Positions 12,567 to 25,447 of a stretch of 64,000 bases of DNA are shown one piece after another. The DNA lies in NCBI GenBank assembly GCA_050575255.1, contig JBNZDD010013673.1, positions 4,675,091 through 4,739,090 of the forward strand, in the 5' to 3' direction. The notes beneath the pieces are model-generated. The model had not been told where the DNA came from. It did not search any database and was given only the letters and a program-made list of their open reading frames with translations. The DNA comes from Harriotta raleighana (taxonomy: Eukaryota). The position numbers and the translations under genes were made by a program. Each line of letters opens with the position of its first letter. Within the stretch, counting starts at the first letter, position 1.

Positions 12567-12808
12567 TAAAGGAAATAGGAGAGGAAATTGCAGATGCATT
12601 CATCATAATTTTCCAAAGCTCACTATATTCGGGAAATGTGCCCTTAGATTGGAAAATTGCGAACTTCACCCCTTTATTGAGGGAGAGAGGGAGGGANGGA
12701 GAAACCAAGAAACTACAGACCTGTCAGATTAACATCACATGTAGGGAAAATATTGGAATCCATCATCAGGGACAGAGTGACTGAACACTTGGATAGGTAT
12801 GAGCTTGC

Positions 12809-13907
12809 CAACAACAACAACTTGCATTTAGATAGTGCCCTGCACACCAGACTGCTTCTCACAGTAGTGGAGCCTGAGGCCGAGCCAGGGGAAGGGGTTA
12901 GGTGACCGTAGGCATAGCCAAACAGAAAGATTTTCAGGTGCAACCTGAGGATGGAAACGGAAGGGGTGAGGCAGAGGGATTCAGGGAGGGAGTTGCAGAG
13001 TTTCAGGGTGTGGTGGTGGAGGAGGATTTGGAAACAAGGAGGAGGCCAAACCCAATAGATTGGAGGGTACTTCTGTGAGGAGAGAGGAGGTTGGAGAGGT
13101 AGGGGGTGCAGAGGAGTAGATAGAATTTAAATACAAGAGTGAGGATCTTGGAAGTCGATCCGCTCTATGACAGGGAGCCAGAAATTTTGCAAGGACTGGG
13201 GTAATTGGGGAGTGAAGTTTGTTTTGGGTGAGAATGCAGGCAGTGGAGTTCTTTATGAGCTGGATTTTATGAATGGTGATGGAGGGGAGACCGGCGAGGA
13301 GGGCATTGGAATAGTCCAGCCAAGATTTGACAAAGGCATGGACCAGGGTTTTGGTAGCTTTCAAGATATTGGCGGAGATGGGCGATATGGCAGTGATGGA
13401 AGAAGGTGGTGCTGGTGAAGCACCAGATGTGGGGAAGAAAGGATAATTGAACCTGACGGCTAGGTTGCGTACGGGTTCAGAGTGTTTTAGGGACAGGTCT
13501 GGTAGGTGGAGGAGGTGAGAGCTGTGGGACTGAAGACATAGACAAGAGACAAAGAGTATGGCTTGAGTCTTGTCAACGTTTAGCTGCAGGAAGTTTGCTC
13601 TCATCCAACTCTTCATGTCTGACAGACAAGCTGACAGAACATCAGGAGACTGGGGGGTCACAATTTGAGGTGGAAAAGTAGTGTCATCCGCATAAATGTG
13701 GAAATTTACCCCATGTCTGTGGATTACATCAAGAAGAGGGAACATGTAGATAAGGAGTAGTAAGGGGCCAAGGATGGAACCTTGGGGTACCTCACAACGT
13801 GAGAAGAAAAGCTAGTTGCAGAGATGTACATCTGGGGGTTTGTGTGGAACCAAGCGATTACGGAGGACAGGCAGTGGAGGAGGATGGCATGATTGACTGT
13901 GTCAAAG
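12809..13907 (-). mobile_element. L2 LINE, 5'-truncated RT-bearing fragment
   Basis: ORFs 12981-13745 (FHIYADD; WMRANFLQLNVDKTQAILF; LDYSNALLAGLP) and 13724-13924 (FDTVNH); (CAA)n tail at 12809. Confidence 0.9.
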
Positions 13908-14814
13908 ATTAAGTGAGTGGGCAAAGCTGTGGCAGATGGAATTCAATATAGGGAAGTGTGAGGTCATCCACTATGGACCAAAAAAAATGAAGCAGAACAT
14001 TTTTTTTTGGGGGGAAAAATTAAGACCTGTGGAGGAGTTTAGAGATTTGAGTGTCCATATCCACAAATCACTAAAAACTAGTTCCCAGGTGCAAAAAGTA
14101 ATCAAAAAGGTGAATGGAATATTGGCCTTTATCTCGCGAGGCCTGGAATACACAGGGGAAGAAATGCTGCTTCAGCTGTACAGAGAGTTAATCAGACCCC
14201 ATCTGGAGACTGCGTTCAGGTTTGGGCTCCACACCTCAGGAAAGATATATTTGCCCTGGAGGGGGTGCAGCGCAGGTTCACCAGAATGTTAGCAGGCCTA
14301 AAAGGGTTAAGTTACAAGGAAAAACTGTAAATTTGGATTGTTTTCCCTTGAGTTCAAAAGGTTGAGGGGTGAGGTATTTAAGATGATAATGGGATTCGAT
14401 AGAGTAGATACAGAGAAGCTATTTTCTCTAGTGGGAGAATCCAAAACAGGGGGGAATAGTCTTAAAATTAGAACCAGGCCATTTAATAGTGAAATCAGGA
14501 ACCATTTTTTCACTCAAAGGGTGGTAAGAATCTGGAAACCTCTCCCCCAAAAGGCCATGGCTGCTGGATCCTCCTTCAAGAGTGAGATTGATAGATATTT
14601 GGTAGGTTAGGGTATTAAGGGATATGGGGAGAAAGCGGGAAATTAGAATTGAACAGATTAATTCAGGTCAATCATGATCTAATTAAATGGCAGAACAGGC
14701 ATGAAGGGCTGAATGCTTACTCCTGATCCTATGTTCCTAAATCAAGGCTGGAGCTGTCAGGTATGAAGGTTTGATTGTCTTTAGCTTGGTCAGTGAGGGG
14801 TCAAGATCGATATC

Positions 14815-15196
14815 AGGATCCTCTCACTCGCCTTCAAATCATTTCATTTCCTTACACCTCCCTAACTGTCTGAGTCTCTTACCCCCAACTCCACCACCCA
14901 CTGCCTCTGTTCAGCTGATTCCGGGCTCCTATTTGTCCCTTTGTGCCTTTCGTTCCATCATCAGTGGCCGCACCATCAGCCACTGTCATGAAATTCTGGA
15001 ACTCTTTTCCCCCCCCAATCCCAACGTCTTGCCCCCTCCCTCCTCACCTTCAAATTCTAAATTACCCTTCCTTTTTGATCATGCTTATGGTCATCTCCCC
15101 ACTTTGTTCCCCCCATGGTTCATTGTCATATTCAGGCACAGTGAAGCGCTCTGGGACACTACCCCATGTGAAGAGCGCAATAGTACAAGTTGTTGT
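14815..15196 (+). mobile_element. L2 3' fragment
   Basis: Pyrimidine-rich L2 3' region, stem-loop gcgctctggg...gaagagcgc, tail agttgttg. Confidence 0.75.
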
Positions 15197-15739
15197 GTCT
15201 GACTCTTGAGGAAAGACATCACCATGCTTAAGAACAAACCAGACAGACTTCCAGATATTTCTCTTTATTCAGAATCAAAATGTCACTCTCTAATGCATTT
15301 TGTTTACCTAATTCCAGAGAATATTCAGTGCAGGTTGGTGAATGCCAAACCTTTGAAGGTGTGTTTTGGTTTATTGCTAGAATTTAAACAGCTAAAGCTG
15401 CATAGCTTACCATTGAAAGCTCTGTATACCAAGTTTCTCACTGCTTATCAACTTGGACCACCCTACTGGTTATGGCTTTTAGACTATAAGTTTAACAAGG
15501 AGCTGAGTGGAAGGAATTCTTGCTGTCGGTGATGAGGGTTTGGTCTGTTTTGGAGTGAGGTAGGGAAAGAGAGAAACAATATAACAGAGATGGAGAGAAA
15601 CAGTGTTGGTCAAAGACCAAATGAAAGGCTTAAAGGAAAGTCAAGTGTTGCACAAATTGGCTCGATTGCACACTGGCTCTGTGAGCGAGAGTGAAGGGAA
15701 GGGTGAGTCACACTATGGCTCTCTGAAAAAGCTCCTGCT

Positions 15740-15892
15740 CATTTGGTCACACTTTCCTGTTTCTCCATACTCGGGAAATACATTGCCCACAAACTGTGCA
15801 CAATCACACCACTTTACATTACATACTGTGAAGCATTTTGAGACGTCTCAGTGATATGATAAGGCACTAATATTACCTGCATTGATTATTAT
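15740..15892 (+). mobile_element. SINE 3' half
   Basis: ctgtgaagcattttgagacgtc...gattattatt. Confidence 0.65.
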
Positions 15893-17594
15893 CTCTTTTT
15901 TTGATAAAGCTATGATAGATTCTGCCTCAATCAAAATGTTTGGCAGCACATTTTGTATCCCAAAAAACCTCTATAAAAACAATTCTGCCTTGTGTTTTTG
16001 ATAATCTTAAATTCAAATCCTTAAGTTACTGAATCAGCAAATCTTTAAATTAATTAAATTAATTGAAACCTACTGGCCTGCCAATAGGATAATCATCAGT
16101 TTGCTTAGTTACACAGCAACAATACCCAGTGAGTCAAAAACAAAGAATAAAGAGTACTCTAAGACAATATTAAGACGTGCTTTTTTTCAGCTATTCCCGA
16201 AAAGTTCTGGGAGAGTTAGACATAATGTTTGGACCCAGAATTCCCTGGTCGTCCCACTGAGCTGCTATTAGTGAATCCTATTGCATTCCCCTACTGTTTT
16301 CAATCCCAACGTATCTTAATTCTATTTAATGCTTTGCCCAGTTGGGGTTTATTGTGATGTTTGATTGTGAATGTTGGCAACCTTTTGTCAGCACTGCCAA
16401 TCTGGATCCTGCACTCACCTGATGTCCAATTACGTACACCTTCCAGCAGGGAGGTCTCAGAACAGTGGCCATGAATAGGACCTCCCTAATCCAGAATGTA
16501 GCTGTCCTGAATCAGGCAACTCAGCACAGACCGCAAATTCAAACCGATATCTTTCCGGTCTGTACAACCGTAGTACTTTATGGCTCTGCCTGCTGAGCTA
16601 TCGAGGTAAGGGGGGGTGTGGAGGGAAGAAATAACCAAACATTTCTTTTGCCCGAAAGTGACCAACCAACAACCAAAAAAAATCCTGAAATATTCCGCTG
16701 TGTCTACCTTTCTCACATCTGTATTTTAAAAAAATGCTGTGGTGTTGAGCAGTGACTTGTTAATGCAGTTTCCCAGACTACCTTTTCCTTTCACAGGCTT
16801 AACAATTTCTGCTAAAATAACAAACAGGCACCCCCGAGAATATCTTGAAACTGACCGTCAGGTGCCAAAAAATGTGGAAGTTTGGCTCTTTCCTCGGTGT
16901 TTTCCCTTTTACAAACATCTGCACAAACAGACTCTGGCCAGGCTTGTGCCTCAGGAATGTGGAGATATAGTAAAAGGAGATAATTTATTTTTCCACCAAG
17001 CAATGAGACACTTTTTTAAATTATATTGGCTTCACCAAAGATTTTGTTCCAAAAATGTTGCATTATCTTGGGCTGCGAGAGAGAGAAAGAGAATGGAATT
17101 GTCTTGAATTTTCCTCTTCAGTTTGTCTCTGTTTTTATTTTCGTTATACTGGGGATTGAATAGGTCGTTTTGAGGTCATTGCTGTTGGTGTTTTTAGTAT
17201 GTTGCATCTGTGTTAAGAAAAGCTACTGCAGTTCCTGCTCTCGCTCTCTCTCTCTCTCTAACTCTCTCCAAATGCACTCAGGTTGCGGTTACGGTTGCTG
17301 ATTTATAACCTGGGAACCCAACCAGAGGCAAATGGGAAAATAATTCATTCGAATTGACTGGATTGCAAGATTCTTAAAAACAAATGCACAGAAATGCTGA
17401 ATCAATATAGAGAGTAAAGCTTCCAGCTTGGAACTCTAGCCTCTGAGTCAATAGATTGTGGGTTCAAGTTCCACATTGAGATTTGAGCTTATGACACTCC
17501 AATAGTGAAGGTGTTGCTGCTTTGTCAAAGATGCCATCCATTGGATGAAATCTTAAATCACAGATCAATAGAGAGGTTTGGATGAAAAAAACTC

Positions 17595-18320
17595 TTCAGC
17601 TCACCTGGTCCTCGTTCTGGTAACTTGTTCCAAGTTCAACTCGCATCCAAGCAACGACTCGCTCTGCCTTTCCCCACCTCCGGAACATTTCCCGACTCTG
17701 CCATTATCTCACCCCTAAAGCCACTGAAACCCTCATTCATGCCTTCATTACACCCCGGCTTGATTATGCAAATGCCTTGCTGGTTGGCCTTCCCAATTCC
17801 TCCCTCCACAGGCTGCAGATAATCCAGAACTTTGCGGCCCGTGTCCTCTACCGTTCCAAACTCCATGATTCCATCTTTGCCCAACTCTATTGGCTCCCCA
17901 CATCCAAAGGATCCAATTCAAGATCCTGGTCCTCACATTTAAAGCCCTCCATGCTCGCTCTCCCTACATCCGTGACCTCCTATCCCCTTACCAACCTGCC
18001 TGCCCCTTCCGTTCAGCAAGCTCTGGCCTGCTCCCATGCCTCCCGACTCACCCGCCCAACCATTGGCGGGCAAGCCTACAGCCACTCTACCCCCAACCTC
18101 TGGAACTCCATCCCAAAGTCCCTCCGCCTCGCTCCCTCCCTGGCCTTCTTGAAGTCCTGCCATTGAGGTCAGGCTCCTCCTCGATGAACCCATCAGCAAC
18201 TCCTTCCCCCCACTTCCCCACTTGTCCTCAGCTCAGGTCTCAATGAATAACTGTCCAGCACCTTGGGACATCCTCCTGACGTGAAAGGCACTATACAAAT
18301 GTAATTTTGTTGTTGTTGTT
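17595..18320 (+). mobile_element. L2 3' fragment (ORF2 C-terminus and tail)
   Basis: Peptide LVGLPNSSLHRLQIIQNFAARVL...LWNSIP; tail ccagcaccttgggacatcctcctgacgtgaaaggcactatacaaatgtaattttgttgttg. Confidence 0.9.
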
Positions 18321-18329
18321 CTAGTCATT

Positions 18330-19300
18330 GATTAAACTCTGGCTAAAGAACTATTTCTTAATATCTATCCTGAAATTTCCCTTCATAACCCTAAACCTGT
18401 GTCCTCCTCTTATGTCTCAATACAACCAAAAGTATTGTTCTGGCCTTACTTTCTCAATCCTATGTAACATCTTGTGTATATATATTATATAGATATTTAT
18501 ATATACCAGATGTGGTCTGGCCAGAGCACTAAACCATTTCAGAATAACTTCTGGGGATCTCATTTGGTAACAATGTACAGCCCAACATTATGTCTGCTTT
18601 GTTTATTGCTACCACACACATTTTGACATGAATCAACAAATGCCCATCGATTACAGTACAGACTCACTTAAAACCTTCTCCTGTAGCTACTCTTTACGTA
18701 ACAACCCTCTCCTACCTTCTGTCCAGTCAATTTCAAGTCCATGTCTTGCCCTTGATATTTTGTGCTATCAGTTTGTGAAGGAATGTTTCATGTGATACTT
18801 TGTTAAACACCTCATGGAAGTCCAGGTTCACTGCATCATATGACTTCAACAGTTAATTTTAGGCTGCCATCTACTCAACAAAATGTAAGAGGTTGGTCAC
18901 ACAAGATCTAACCTTCCTGAATCCATGCTGGTTATCAGTTATTGTTTTTATTCAAGTGATTTTCTATTTTCTTGCTGATTTTTTGACTCCACCAATTTTC
19001 TGATTATTGAGGTCAGGCTGATGGGTTTAGAGTTGCCACCTAAGGTTCTTGATTATGACAAACGTTGCTTGTTTCCAAACCATTGCAACATCCCGAGTAA
19101 TGATTGACTACCTCATAATGTCTGTATGTGCTGCGTAAGTCTCTTTCCTTGTCTCAACAACAACAAAAATTGTGCTTGTAATTTCGCCTTTCACGTCAGG
19201 AGGATGTCCCAAGGCATAGTCTCTCTACATAGTCTGAATACATTTACCTGTCCTAGTGGGGCTGTTGGTTTTAAGTCCCTTGATCTTATCTAGAACATCC
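18330..19300 (-). mobile_element. Old, decayed CR1 ORF2 fragment (with a small L2 tail at about 19155-19217)
   Basis: Minus-strand motifs QHGFRK (ttcctgaatccatgctg) and a D..YLDF..AF.KV-like segment near 18800-18840. Confidence 0.6.
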
Positions 19301-19370
19301 TCACAAAGTATCAAACTACACATTGTTGACCAGAAACAGTATAAAGTCTATTTATATGTGGAGTTCTGTG

Positions 19371-19588
19371 GAATCCTAGCCTTAAAAGCATGAGACCTGT
19401 GTTCGAAACCAGGCAGGTCAGGGCGAAATCTTGGGCAAGTTTCCTTACTCCACAGGCCTAATAATAATCCATCCAAAAAAGCCACAATAATAAAATTGGT
19501 CATTTGAATCCACGACTGTTTGATGGACACTGCTGTGCATAATTGGCTACTGTGTTTCGCCCACAAATATATAGTCAATTCACTTCAC
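19371..19588 (+). mobile_element. tRNA-SINE, 3'-truncated
   Basis: gagacctgtgttcgaaaccaggc..gggcgaaatcttgggcaagtttccttactccac. Confidence 0.8.
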
Positions 19589-20467
19589 CTGACTTGCTTG
19601 GGTGATCGTGAAGACAGTTTCAGATCTGCATTGTCCCATGACAATTTGAAGCCTGGAAGAGACATATTGAGACAGATAAAGGCTTGTCTGAGGGGACAAC
19701 CCCTGTTCTCTAGTGGAACTTATAATTATTATAATAATAATAACTTTTGCATTTGATAGGTCCTCTCACTTGCGAGGCAAGTGCTCTAACCACTCTGCTA
19801 CAGACTTGGTTAATGAGGGTAAGCAGGCCTAACCTCCCTCACCAACAAAATAAATCTTTTTCATATGCATTGATTAGAAAACTTTTTTTTAAAAACTTTC
19901 ATTTACTCTAAAATGCAGAATGTTAATTTTAAAGATATGAAAGTAACTTTTGTCCACACTTTGAATTACCACCAATCCTCCAATCATGCTTAGTGTTGTA
20001 CAATTTTATTTGGGTGGATAAAGTAAGAAACAACAAAAAAAAACATTAAAATTACATTTGTAAAGCAGATTTCAAGTCGGGAGGAATGTTTACATCAATG
20101 AAATACAGGTGCTTGAAATACGTTGGATGAGACATCAGTTTTAAAAGGTAAGAGCATTTGTAAACCATATAACATTACTTATAATGGTACAATCTTTTGA
20201 AGGAATAGTAACAAAATCACAACTGGAAAAGAGCAAATCTCAGCACATTAATGGCAGAAAAAGTAGTAGATAAAATAGCAGTCATGCACTAGCAAGGAAA
20301 GCGTGCAGACTCTCGGAACAGGAGTTAAGGGATTGTTTCAAAGGTTGAAGTTGCATGTATCAAATAGGGAGTTGAAAAGTAAATACTAAAAAGGAAGTAT
20401 TCAGCAAATTAGGAGTAGTAATAGAGAGTCAAACAAACAGAAATTCTAAAGCAATTCTAAATTTGTG

Positions 20468-20863
20468 TGGAGTCCTGTAGGACAGTGGTTAGAGCACTCG
20501 CCTTGCAAGCGAGAGAGACCTGGGTTAAATTCCAGGCAGGGCGAAACCTTGGGCAAGTTGCCTTATTCCACACACCTAATAACAATCCCTCAAAAAAAAC
20601 TAATAAAATGGTCATTTCAATCCACGACTGTTTGTGGGAAGCTGCTAGACGCAATTGACTGCTGCATTTCACCCACAAAATATATAGTATATTCTGTGAA
20701 ACGTCCCAGAGCAGAGGTGACAGACTCCCTCAAGCCCAAAGCTTCTACTTTCTCTCATGGAAATAAAGGTTATAATTATTTTTATTTACAGTATGTTCTG
20801 TGAAGCACGTTGAGACATCTAGAAAACGTGAAAAAGTGCTGTATCAAATTCAAGGATTATTAT
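20468..20863 (+). mobile_element. tRNA-SINE with an internal foreign insertion
   Basis: Head with anticodon arm CTCGC-CTTGCAA-GCGAG (TGC, Ala-like); body; insertion near 20700-20780; tail. Confidence 0.85.
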
Positions 20864-21019
20864 TTCATTACTATATGTTGCAGCTATATGCTGATCAGTA
20901 ACACAGTTCATAACAACAACAACAACTTTATATAGCCCCCTTCACGCTGGACAGCGTATCGGAGAGGTGGTGACAGACTCTCTCAAGCCCAAAGCTTCTG
21001 CTTTCTCTCATGGAAATAA

Positions 21020-21263
21020 ATAAACATACCTATGTTTACCTAGCAGTAAGTAGGACTTCGGTGAGTCGATTAGCAGGGTTCACTAATACCTTCAAAACAT
21101 GACAATAATAATGTGGTCATTCAACCCACCACCTTTTGTGGGACCCTGCACAATTAGCTGCTGAGTTTCGCCCCCCACCAAATTACAGTACATTCTGTGA
21201 AGAGCTTTAAGGCATCTCAATGATGTGATAAGTCTCTATATCAAATACAAGGATTATTATTAT
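21020..21263 (+). mobile_element. tRNA-SINE long subfamily, 5'-truncated
   Basis: tgtttacctagcagtaagtagg insert, body and (att)n tail. Confidence 0.7.
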
Positions 21264-22329
21264 TGGGTGGGGATTCAGAGGCTTGAGCATTTCCTCTGCT
21301 CCCGTCGACAGTTGGATAACATTATGCTCTTCACACTGTCCCCACCACTGCTTCCTGTTCTGCAGAATATTTCTCTTGAGAATCAAACTTGCAGTTCAAA
21401 GTTTCTGCAGTATGATGTGTGTGTGTTGCAAAGCAGTGCCATCTTCAAAACAAAAACTGCATTTAATATAGTTTCTTATCATGTTGTCAAAATGCCTCAG
21501 TGCATCACTGGATTTTCTATAAATTGTAGTGAATGAACATGGCAGCTATTTTATTGCCATGTCCGCCAAGGCAATGATCTCATAACCTGACGTCTTGTGT
21601 GGTTGTAGAGCCTGGCACTGGGTTCATTCCACTTTGTGATTGCAAATTAGGAATTGCAGATTGAAGTGATTGGAACACATGTTTACAGGCAGGAACGCCT
21701 CTGTTTTCTACCGTGGAGGATCCTGGATATGTCAAGTTGATATCAGGATTGAGTGCCTGAAATCAAGGCAATGAAATGTGTGAGGATGAATTGGAGGTTG
21801 CGAGCGAGCGCTATTCCGAGCATTGGCTTGAGGAGAGCTGCATCATGGTTCATAGCTATTGGAGATCAGCTGCTCCTGTATGTAATAATCATTACTGAAT
21901 TGGAGTGGCAATTTAGGTGGAACTGGATTTGCAGATGTTGGAATCAGAATAAGACGTCAACAATTTGGGAATTTGACCTGTGCATGTGCAATGGTTTCAA
22001 TGTGAATAAAGATGTCAAAGAATGTAGCGATGCTATGTTCTGTTTTGATTCAACAACAACAAAATACCAACAACAAAATTCCATTGCGTAATGCCTTTCA
22101 CGTCGGGAGGATGTGCCAAAGCACTGGATTCACCTTCCAGGAGTCAAGCAATAAGTAGAGGTTAAGGTCATTGGCCCCCAGAAATGTACCTAGCAATGTG
22201 TTTGAGCCAAAGGTCCTATAACCTGGTGAAGGGGAAAGATACAGGGGAGATGTGGGCTAGCTCCAGTGTGAGGAGCCTCTTCTGCAAGATAATGTGGAAA
22301 GAGCAATTTCCCAGAAACTTCGACAAAGT

Positions 22330-22530
22330 GAGTAACACATATTTTGAGGGGATTGTTAGCCACTATAGTGGGAGAAACTCCCTTCTCTTTTTGAACAATG
22401 CCATGGGATCTTTAAAGTCCTTCTGAACAGGCAGATGGGAACTTGATTTAACATCTTGTCTGAAAGATGACACCTACAACAATGCAATGCCCCTCAGCAT
22501 GGCACTGAAGTGTCATCATGGACACTCGTA
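22330..22530 (-). mobile_element. Older DeuSINE (Deu domain) remnant
   Basis: gccatgggatcttt...tttaacatcttgtctgaaagatgacacc; similar remnants at about 17430-17560, 37080-37400, 43710-43870, 51560-51800, 54540-54640 and 59345-59560. Confidence 0.65.
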
Positions 22531-22616
22531 TCTGAATCCCAGTTTGAGCTTTGGGGAATGATTAAGTAAGAAACATATCAGGCCTTGTAGAGGTATTTAA
22601 GGTGCTTGAGTAGCAT

Positions 22617-23070
22617 TTCAGTGCCTTGGGATGTCCTCCTGATGTGAAAGGCTCTATAACAAGAACTTGGATTTATATAGCGCCCTCCATGCCAGATGGC
22701 ATTACAGAGCGCTTCACAATAACAGATCCCGGGGCTGAGCCAATGGGAGAGGGAAAAGGTGACCAAAAGCGCGGTTGAAAAGAAAAGTCTTTAGGTGCAA
22801 TCTGAAAATAGGAAAGGAGGGGGCGAGGCAAAGGGAGTGAGAAAGAGAATTCCAGAGCTTCAGGATGTAGTGGCTGAAGGCATGGCCACCAACAGTGGAA
22901 CGGAGGATTCGGGGGACAAAGAGGAGGCCAGACCCAGGAAAGCGAAGGTACTGTTGTGAGTGAAGAGGTCAGAAAGGTAGGGGAGTGCAGAGTGGAGGGA
23001 TTTGAAAACAAGAATGAGGATCTTGAAATCCATCCGCTCCGCTGTACAAGTGTAATTTTGTTGTTGTTGT
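22617..23070. mobile_element. L2 (-) fragment (22659-23040) nested inside an L2 (+) tail
   Basis: The + strand tail gtgccttgggatgtcctcctgatgtgaaaggctctata is split from ...acaagtgtaattttgttgttg by an antisense L2 3' end. Confidence 0.7.
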
Positions 23071-25312
23071 AAGAAAGAAATTTCAGAATACTTTCAGAGA
23101 ACGCAGGTTCAGAAGTGTGAAGTGCAACATTGGGGCAGACACCAGGAAGTATTTCTTTACACCAATATGTTCAGGTGATCGCACCATGTTGATTCACTGA
23201 CCCACTCGTCTCTAATCGCCTGCTGCCTGATCATTGCTGAATGCAAAACAATTTGTTTTATCAATAGGTAGTGTAGGTGTCACATTACCTTGTATAGCAG
23301 TTGACCTAACAGAGGACAGGTTGGTGTCCTGAAGCTCTCACAGAATGACTCCATGCAAGTTAATCTGGGGGACACCCAACCTTTTGCAATCGTGCATACG
23401 TATGTGTGTGTATGTGTGTGTGTATAACACAGCATATGAACCTGGGCATGAGTGAACACCCATGTCACAGCTAGTTCATCTCAAAGATGTGATAAGGCGC
23501 TCCATCAAATGCAAAGGATTGTTTTATTATTATCACAATTCAATCTGCAGCAAACCTAACATCAATTTGTCTGGAGTCAAACACAGTCCACAGATACAAG
23601 AAATTTTTACTGATATTTCACCCTCCACCTTCCCCCATTCTGGAAGATATTTTCATGGGCACCAACCATCCTATTGGCCATTCTTTATACTTTACCCGTG
23701 ATGATAAGTGTCAGTAGAATATTTGGCTGCAGGCATCAGAGCCCAGATCATGTCTCGCTCAACATGATGTGTGCTTAAATGCTCTGAGAAGCTGTCCGCC
23801 GTGGAGGACACTATATAAATCGATGTTGTTGTTGTTGCTCTGATGGCCTGCAACAGACCTGTCAACACGGAGATCCCTGAATGATGATCAGGAATCGGTA
23901 CAATTCTCTCAACTCTTAAATCTAGCAACAGTGAAGCCAATTTTAATGTCCATATCACTGCCCAGACTGAGATCAGAAACGTCCCACTCCACCCTCACCT
24001 CCAGGAATTGTATCTACAACCCTCCTTGTCAGATTGTTTATGCTGGACAGTTTCATTTTTTTTTAAAAACTAAGCCATTGTGGAGCTTTTCATTGGTTTC
24101 ACTTGCACGAACACAAACTCCAGTAAGTATCTGGCCAGCTAAATCTGAGACAAATGTGTAGATAATTTCTCCTGCATATAACATCATACATACATGTTCT
24201 GACTTGCATGTGCTGTCGTACCTACAATGGTGCACATATACACTCTCTCCTGCACACCCACTCTCCTTCACACCCACTACCTCTTACACACTCATTCTCT
24301 TGTGCACACTCGTGTACAACAATAAAGGAAATGCTGAGCAGAAAGTAACGGGAAAATACAGTAGGGGGCACCAGACATCAGAACAAAATTCAGGTGTGTT
24401 TGAGAATTTTTGAGTTACTCATTCATAAATCAATGTGATTTGAAGACTAATGTGTTTTCCACCTGAACCTTGAGAAATGTAATTTATCACCTGTGATCTC
24501 CATCTTTTCCCTCTAGTGATAGGGCCAGTCTTTGACAGAATAATGTGTGATTTATTTTTGCTTTGTCCGGGACTTTCTTCTCTCCCGGAGATGACTCTTC
24601 CTGGGTGATGGACTCACAACAACAACAACAATAAAATTACATTTATAGAGCGCCTTTTACGTCGGGAGGATGTCCCAAGGCACAAAACAGTCAGGTTGGG
24701 AGATCCGGATTCTGCCTGATACTTTGTTTGGAAGATTATTCCTCATCTGGGAATCTCCTCTGGTATCCTGCTCTGCCATTGTCTAGCATGCCAGGACGCT
24801 GCCCTGTGTGAAGGGCGGTATATAAATGCAAGTTGTTGTTCTTTGGATGGTGAGCATTAGTGGCCTTTTCACCGCTAGGTGTTGCATTGGTTTCCTTTTA
24901 CGAAATTAGTTGAAGACAGGAGGACTATAGTTACAGGGCATGTCAAGTCTGAGAAGAGATAGATTAGGAAGTAGTGGTTAGGTGAAGCCGAGTTTAGCTT
25001 GTATGTTCTAAGAAGTCATAAAGACTAAGGGAGGTAAGTTAATTTCCTGGTCTTGATGTCTGGAAAATGAATTAGAGGAGGAGAGGGTGTGCTGAGTTTA
25101 GATCATGTTATACAGGGAGGTGGAAGTATACACAAGACGCTGATGTTTTTAGTGCTGGATAAGAACAAAAAGAGGTAGAAGAGAAATGACCAGTGTAGAT
25201 CAAATAGAGCGAGAGTCAACAAAGGTTTGTAATAGAGAGACATTAGTAGTTGGAGGCTTTTTTAATATTTGCATTCATCTACAAATGCACAATCACTTCA
25301 TATTTTAGTAAA

Positions 25313-25398
25313 TCGCTCTTTTCAAAGAGCCGGCACAGACTAGATGGGCCGAATGGCCTCCTTTTGTGCCGTAAACTTCTATGAATCTATGAATCTAT
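25313..25398 (+). mobile_element. CR1 (HER1/HE1-type) 3' tail
   Basis: gccggcacagactagatgggccgaatggcctcc...ttctatgaatctatgaatctat. Confidence 0.8.
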
Positions 25399-25447
25399 AA
25401 AGTTATGAGACATGACTATGAAAGGCACGATATCTAATACAAGGAAT

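Larger units (their letters stand above)
12211..14740 (+). mobile_element. CR1 LINE (ORF2 remnant and 3' UTR) interrupted by two L2 insertions
   Basis: Peptides LKEIGEEIADA..IIFQSSL.SG.VP.DWKIAN.TPL and MEFNIGKCEVIHYG..; CR1 tail ending atgttcctaa. Confidence 0.9.

Noticed and set aside
12981-13745. Functional reverse transcriptase gene (YADD)
   Set aside because: 5'-truncated and frameshifted L2 fragment lacking the endonuclease and the early RT motifs
18475-18507. AT palindrome or cruciform
   Set aside because: Degenerate (TA)n microsatellite; self-complementarity is trivial
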